The notes beneath the pieces were generated by a model that was given only the letters and a program-made list of their open reading frames with translations, was not told where the DNA came from and did no database searches. Shown here piece by piece: positions 57,531 through 64,000 of a stretch of DNA of 64,000 nt. Location of the stretch: positions 28,644,001 through 28,708,000 of the forward strand of contig OZ365114.1 of assembly GCA_977030845.1 (NCBI GenBank). Direction: 5' to 3'. Made by a program: the position numbers and the translations under genes. Numbering within the stretch: the stretch's first letter is position 1; the number at the start of each line of letters is the position of its first letter. The stretch comes from Fimbriosthenelais zetlandica. Lineage: Eukaryota.

Positions 57531-60500
57531 GTAAGTCACTACCTTCATTATCATAGAAATTTAAGAAATATTTCAAGAAATGTTCAAAATTAGTGGTTAA
57601 AGGATGGCTTTGAAAGCTCGTGGTTGATGTTTGCAATTTGCCTACTCGGATATCCCGGAAATTCTCGCATTTTACATTTTTCATTGTATATGAATTTATA
57701 AATTATAAAAGCTAAAACTCCTTAAAAATATATCTTATATATTCCATGAAATAAACAAAGCCTAATTTCTATGGTGGCCAAGTTAATAAATTATGCTTAA
57801 TATTATTGACTAATAACTTAAAAAAATGAAAAATTAAGGGATGATCACTGATCAAAAGCAAAGTGACCAGTATACAAAAATTTCGCATCTAAAAATCTAC
57901 TAAATATTAAATAGGTCTATTTGACTATTGACATTGGAATATGTGTGTTAATTTTGTGCCTAAGGCATACTCAATTTGGGCAAATTGGGAAATAAATTAG
58001 TTTTCTTTTAATATCGCCATTTAGGCTTGGTATTCTTTATATATGTGCTTTTACCCGATGTCTACAGTGTGATACCTGAATATGTCCTATTTTTACGCAG
58101 TAATCTCTCAATGGTGGGATGCAAGTTTGCCTGAAATTGCCTGAATTTCATGGCTTTTTAGCGGGTGAAATTGCCTGGTTTTCGTAACCCCCAAGAATGG
58201 GAAGAGGTTGCTTGAAACTTTTGGGGCATAACGCATTTTCAGACTTGTATCCCAGCTCATTAGAGACAATAATTTATTTGTGTTGCATCTTGATTTAAAA
58301 TAACTGACTGGTGTTGTAAATACTGACTAACATTTTTAAATTTACTAGTTGGATCAGTGGAACATATGTTGGAAGGTAAAACTCTGGTTAATTTATCAAA
58401 TGTGGAGAGTGCCCATAAACCTACCGACCACAAGCATGACCCGACACGAACATATCACCTAGAACCCCTCCAAACGGGCTGTTTCACAAGAAAATGATCA
58501 AAAATTGAAATAGAAAGTGGAATCTCACTGTCTCAGTCAGTTGCATCCAAGGTTTTTTCTGGACGTTTTGTGAGGTAACCGTCATGATTAATTTAAATAT
58601 GAAATCAGAGAAAACGTACGAAGCCTTACGTAGTATTTTTGCGAGATCGTCGCTATTATGTGGACACTGTTATGCTGGCTTCGATGTCACAAATATGCAC
58701 AATATTATTCTGAATAAATTTGGCTATTTCTTTCGTAAGGAACTTTAATAGCAATTTTGATAGCAATTCTTTCTTGTGGATCACCCCCATATATGTTCTA
58801 TGTCTTTTACCTCGTTGTCACCTACATTCTATCAAACATTTTGGAGTATAATTTATATAAAATCGTAATGTAGCATACTACGAACAAAACTCCCTCTAGT
58901 CAAAGCTCTTTTGTTGTACATTGAGTCGTTTGTATAACTAGTCGTGTCACTTTTATATTTTTTCTCAAACTCGAACAGAAATCTCTTTACCACGATTTTA
59001 TGCCTGGGAAGAGATCTAATACATTTTTCTTAAATCTTTGACTTTTCTGTTACCGTATTCTAAGGATTTTCGCCATAAAATTTGGAATTTTTGTATTCAT
59101 ATACTTCTATGACCATTTACGATTCGATACTAGTTGACTTTGCATCATCTTTCTCTCTAATCTTTGGTACTTTCGTCCGTGCTTCTTGTATGCACACTTT
59201 TTTGTAAGATTTTCTTATTGATCTTTTTGTTTCGTTGGCTGAGGCTTTGTATTCTTCATTCCTGAGAATCAAGGAGAACTGTACACTGAAAGAATTGTAT
59301 CACTGGGCTTATTGTTGATAATGTTCCGATACCTCTGATGCTTTTCTAATCTTTCGACTTCTTCTCTCATACGCTTCCTCTCATTGTCTTTGCTTTTCTG
59401 TTAGGGTTACCTCAATTGTCATTGCTGGAATAACATTTCTGAGACCAGTTGATCAGGAGACTATTTCAAAACGAATATTAGCCATATACTTAGCATTGCT
59501 AATATTCCTTTTGAAACAGGCCTCATGTCTATAGATTATACAGAGGTCTACAATTAATGTAATGCCTTCATACTCTTCATCACTGCTTCACTCAGCTTAG
59601 CTTTTACATGAACATATATTCTTCTAACAAACACAACTCCACTGGTGTTTTCTTACCTTGCGGATGCTGTGAGTGGTGTTGTGGCCCGCCTTTGCAGCTT
59701 ACTTTTCTGTAGAAGTTGTAAAAGGTCCCCTCTGTTTTGCAGAGCTTGAGCTCCCGCTTCCACCAAAATCACATCTATCGCAACCGCGCATTTTCTTGCG
59801 GCCATATCAATAGCTGGGCACTTGCAGTCATTACAAGTGTATATCAACAAAAGCACTAGAAGGCAGGGACATGCTCCCAAATGGCAAAAGAGGGCAGGGA
59901 CCTCCTCATGCATGTTGCAAGTAGGCAATCGCAATGGCAAGTTGCAGTATTCTCGCAAGACAGAAATCCAGTGGAGTTGCCACATCAATAAGGTTGTTGG
60001 GTACTTTCCACATTGCTTGTGATTTGAGACTATAGGATGAGTAGGTGACTGATGTTTTTTTGTCAGATGACTTGTCCTGCACTGTTCATTTTCAGCATGT
60101 GTAGTTACCCTTAGGGCACAAATACCTAGTACTGACAGATATTGACAGGGTTTATAACAGTATCAAATAGTATCAATTTAACTGTCCATGAACATAGCGT
60201 ATACTGTTTATGTGGTCTGTCAAAATAGTCCCAAGTTGAATGTCCGTTGCAGTGATGCTTGTGTTGCAATGAAAATTGCACCAGTGGAGGATAGCCTTAA
60301 GGGTAGGCCTACAATTTGCAATTCCATTGCAAAACAAGCATCACCTTTGTCGCAGTAGTGTTGCAATTATAATAGTAACAGTGGCATTCTGGCTTTAATT
60401 TCGAACTTTCGAAATGTGAGCATTTTGGATGACATCACCACCATACATGGTGGTTATTTTCTGGGTTCAGGATCATGGTTTTTAGTACATAGCCTTCCTT

Positions 60501-61124
60501 ACAAGGGAAGAACAGACATCTTTATAATTTCTGCCATACAAACTGGTTTCGCAACTGTGTTTCCTACCCGATTTGAACGGGAAGAGTATAACATAGCCAT
60601 GGAGAACGGGATAACTCAGGCATGGAGAACGGGATTTCATTCTCCATGGGTAGGGGAGAATGGAAATTCTCCATGGATAGGGGATAATGGAGGACTAATG
60701 ATATTTGAAGCTAATATCAGATATGAAATTCCCTGCCATGTGGTATCACTGAGCCTGGATACTCTGTTGTCTAATAGTGAGAGTGACAGGCTTGATTGTG
60801 TTGTTAGATGTGAGGGTAGCATGTATACGCACCATTTACTCCCCCTACCTCCTCCTCCTCCCGCCCACTGGATCTGTTCACACCATCACCTTACCTATCA
60901 ATTAGCCCTACTTTCATTATCACATATTACCGTATTACTTTGCTTGAGCAACCAGGCCGAAAACAATACCAGTGAAGGTTATTTAGAAGCCTAAATGGTG
61001 TTATTCTAATATGGTTACTATTCATCTAGTCCCTTGTTCAACTTCAATGCCGTAGGCCCCGTGTTCAATTCCCCAAGCATTCTCCACATGTTCCATTGTC
61101 CTGATAATTGGAATATGAAAGGCC

Positions 61125-61390
61125 AGCTTTATCGTCCACTGTCTGTGGTGAGATTCATGTAACAGGCCAGCCATGTCTCCTACTGTCTGTGGTGAGAGGC
61201 ATGTAACAGGCCAGCCATGTCTCCTACTGTCTGTGGTGAGAGGCATGTAACAGGCCAGTCATGTCTCCCACTGTGTGTGATGAGGGCCATGTATAAGGCC
61301 AGCCATGTCTCTTACTGTTTGTGCTGAAAAGCATGTAAAAGTGAGCTATATACCTTCCTTTCACGGTGGTTAGAGGCATGTAAAATAACC
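61125..61390 (+). repeat. 44-bp minisatellite family array (~6 units)
   Basis: Same unit; preceded by GTGTTCAATTCCCC. Confidence 0.9.
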
Positions 61391-62639
61391 ATTTCCGCTC
61401 TTCATACAAGCCACATTGTATTGAATATATTATTTTGGCTCATTTTGTTGTTTTCTGTTACATATTCCTCGATTTACCTGTGATTTATAGCTGCTAAATG
61501 AACATATATGGTACGCCCACATCCCGTGGTAAATGTATACCCCCTTTTTACGTCTTTGTGGCGGTTACATTAACAATCGCAGCAAAATAAGACTCCCAGT
61601 TGCGCCCTAACATAACATATTTTTACTACCGCCTCAACAATTACCAGCTGTTTACCTCTCAGTAAACCACAGTGAATGGATGTGTGTTTAAACACTGGTT
61701 TTATTATTGAGGAAAGTCTTACAATGTGGACCTTACACACCAAGCCAACCAGGGACTAGCATGGCAGTGTAGTGGAGTATTTGCCCAGTTTTTAGTTTTA
61801 TTTTCCCATGCCGGTTTAGGAACAAACCAAGGAAACCCTCAGATGTAAAGTTATAAATGGAAAGTAATGGTATTATAAAAATGTTTAGATAATGTAGTGG
61901 CCTGGGAGCTACGTATTTAGTTCTCCTTTTGGTTTGCTTTTGTTAACATTTATGTTTCAATCCCCCCAAGTGCTACCCTTCCCCATCTCCCTCCCCGCAC
62001 CCTTCCCCATCTCCCTCCTCCCACCCTTCCCCATCTCCCTCCTCCCACCCTTCCCCATCTCCCTCCCCCCAACCTCCCACCAACCCTCACACCAACCCTC
62101 ACACAACCACACACCTTCCATGGCTATCTTTTGTTGAAGCCATCTTCCCTTCAGCTTTAAACAATAAAAGGCTTCTGATGCGAACAGAAGAAACAAAAGC
62201 GCTCACGTTTTGAAAGTGATCCTGTCATGACGTCACAGTTCGCGTCTCAAACCTCGCGTGACGTGAGGACGTCAGCACACGTTACTCCTTTAATTATCCC
62301 ACTCTCCCTCCATGGAGGTAGAAAAACGCCACCACTGCTGGCAAAATATCATAACCAGGGTGGATGATAGAGAAGGGGGAGAGTCTCACAGATGCCACGC
62401 TCTTACTCCGTACCAAAATCTCCTCAATTCTATAACCAGTGCTGCTAACTGAGATATCAAATGCCAGCCATATTTCTCACTGTCTTTGAACATATTTAAA
62501 AGAAATGTCGTTCGAAAAGAGCAGCTCAACGTGTGCCGATAGCGTGTTTCCTCTAATCCTGAGATAGCTGAACAATTGCTGACTGAACTTTTAAACCTTA
62601 TCCCTACAAATCATGTATAAGCTCCATTGGGTTTTCTGT

Positions 62640-62790
62640 ACTAGCAGTGTAAATGCACTAGCAGGGGCTTGCTAATTGTGATGGGTGCCTATATTGTGCA
62701 CTATTTGTGAGTGGGTTGTCAGATATGGCAGTTGAGGCCATAGAAAAGTCAGCCACTAGCCGCAACACTTAAAAGGCAAAAGAAGCCCTA
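62640..62790 (+). repeat. Interspersed repeat family with core GATATGGCAGTTGAGGCCATAG (other copies ~13900-14075 +, 16275-16330 -, 19120-19150 -, 28790-28920 +, 46325-46450 +, 46920-47045 +)
   Basis: Shared CTAGCAGGGGCTTGC...GATATGGCAGTTGAGGCCATAGAAAAG...GCAAC blocks; explains the recurring -IWQLRP ORF ends. Confidence 0.8.
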
Positions 62791-64000
62791 TATCCAATAT
62801 TTCTTTACCATGGCTCACTTCTTTTTCATATCAAGGGGTTTCGAGACGAAAAACATTTGTTTTGAAATGGGCCTCTGAACACTTCTATAGATGAGTTCTG
62901 TAAGTGATGGTGTTAAAATATTTTCAATATTATCTCGATTTCTGGATGGAATCGAAGTGAAAAACTCACTGAAGTATAGTGCCATATAAGACCTCTCAAA
63001 ACAGCGTTTCAGAGGACCGCCTCCTTCGACCCAGGCCTTCATCAAGGCCTACACACCTCTCCCCTACTCTCTGATCTGTTCTACACCCCAGGCACACTCT
63101 CTATTTTTCATTTTTTCCATTTTATATCAATATAACTCGGCTTGGAGACATTTCATCAAGAAACTTCTGTCCTTCACTCATCTTCTGTTGCCTGAGGAAG
63201 AATGAAATTGCTTTGATGAAATTTGTTTTGATGGTGTCAAGGACGTTTCCACCACCTTGCTATTTCTACCTATCAATCGGAATTGAATTTGAGTTATTCA
63301 CTTGGAAAAATCCAATATGCGATAGTCTTGTACTTTTTTTCGAACTTGAAAATGCAACGAAAAACTCGGTCATCCACATATTTGACATATGACCAGTTTA
63401 GTTTCTAATTGACAGTTGACTTTTTGACACTATGCCAGTTGACAATTCAGTTGAGGCAGAACAGATTGAGGCTCCAAAGTCTTAAGTGCTTAAGACTTTG
63501 GAGGTTTCTGCTGGAAGAGTTGTTAACTGGTGATGTTAGTCCAAAAAGGTTGTCCTTCAAAAGCCCTTACTTTCAAAAGATGACTGCTTTGTGCCATTTA
63601 ACAACTATAGATTTTCAGTGTATGTAGTTTGATTATGAGTCATGGAAACCATACAGTTCTATCCATGTCAGACAATTGTTCTCTTCTTTCTTTTTCCTCC
63701 AGGCATTGTTCTTTGGTTGGCAAATTGAGATGATTTCTCGGGTAATTTTCAGCCTCGTTTACGGACGTTCAATGATCATGCCATTTTCTTGTTGGTCCCC
63801 GAGGCATCTACATTATTTGTTCTGCGACTCTGCTCTCTCAGCCTTGGGGTGTGGTTTGTCCTTGGGGAGGAATTACATCTTAAAGTCCATCAATTCTAGT
63901 ATCCCTGGGGGTCGGGGAGTGGGGCGTGTGTGGGTGGGGCGGCGCAGCAGTGGGATATATGTATATGGCATTGTGGATGCTTATCAGAAACGTATATTGT

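Noticed and set aside
60416-60994. Longest ORF in the track (192 aa) as a possible next nAChR exon
   Set aside because: No Cys-loop (C-x13-C, FPFD) or other family motif; it is built partly from CATGGAGAACGGGAT repeats and a poly-Pro tract.

Overview
Eukaryotic (animal, probably invertebrate; taxon is inference only), AT-rich and repeat-rich genomic DNA with spliceosomal genes and one 141-nt assembly gap. No prokaryotic features. (1) A complete 7-exon minus-strand gene at 4596-10372 encodes a ~570-aa type I membrane receptor: signal peptide, [V-type Ig + C1-like Ig] x2, TM, then a Tyr-rich tail with an ITAM-pattern YEHL-x6-YEDL. The two V-C pairs come from a recent ~1.1-kb tandem duplication. 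(2) A plus-strand nicotinic-receptor-like Cys-loop channel gene has two clear exons at 56675-56881 and 57421-57530 and continues beyond the window. Its probable signal-peptide exon is at 11400-11453, head-to-head with the Ig gene and ~45 kb upstream of exon 2. A dead duplicate of that exon, split by a solo LTR, lies at 1.8-3.4 kb. (3) The long intron is filled with repeats: a 504-bp palindromic element with CAC termini and a 5-bp TSD (Transib/RAG-like signature), Harbinger- and Tc1/mariner-type MITEs, tRNA D-arm-like 38-bp arrays, a strand-biased 44-bp minisatellite/SINE family and a 322-bp satellite. Nearly all ORFs in the supplied track outside these exons are spurious readings of repeats or low-complexity DNA.
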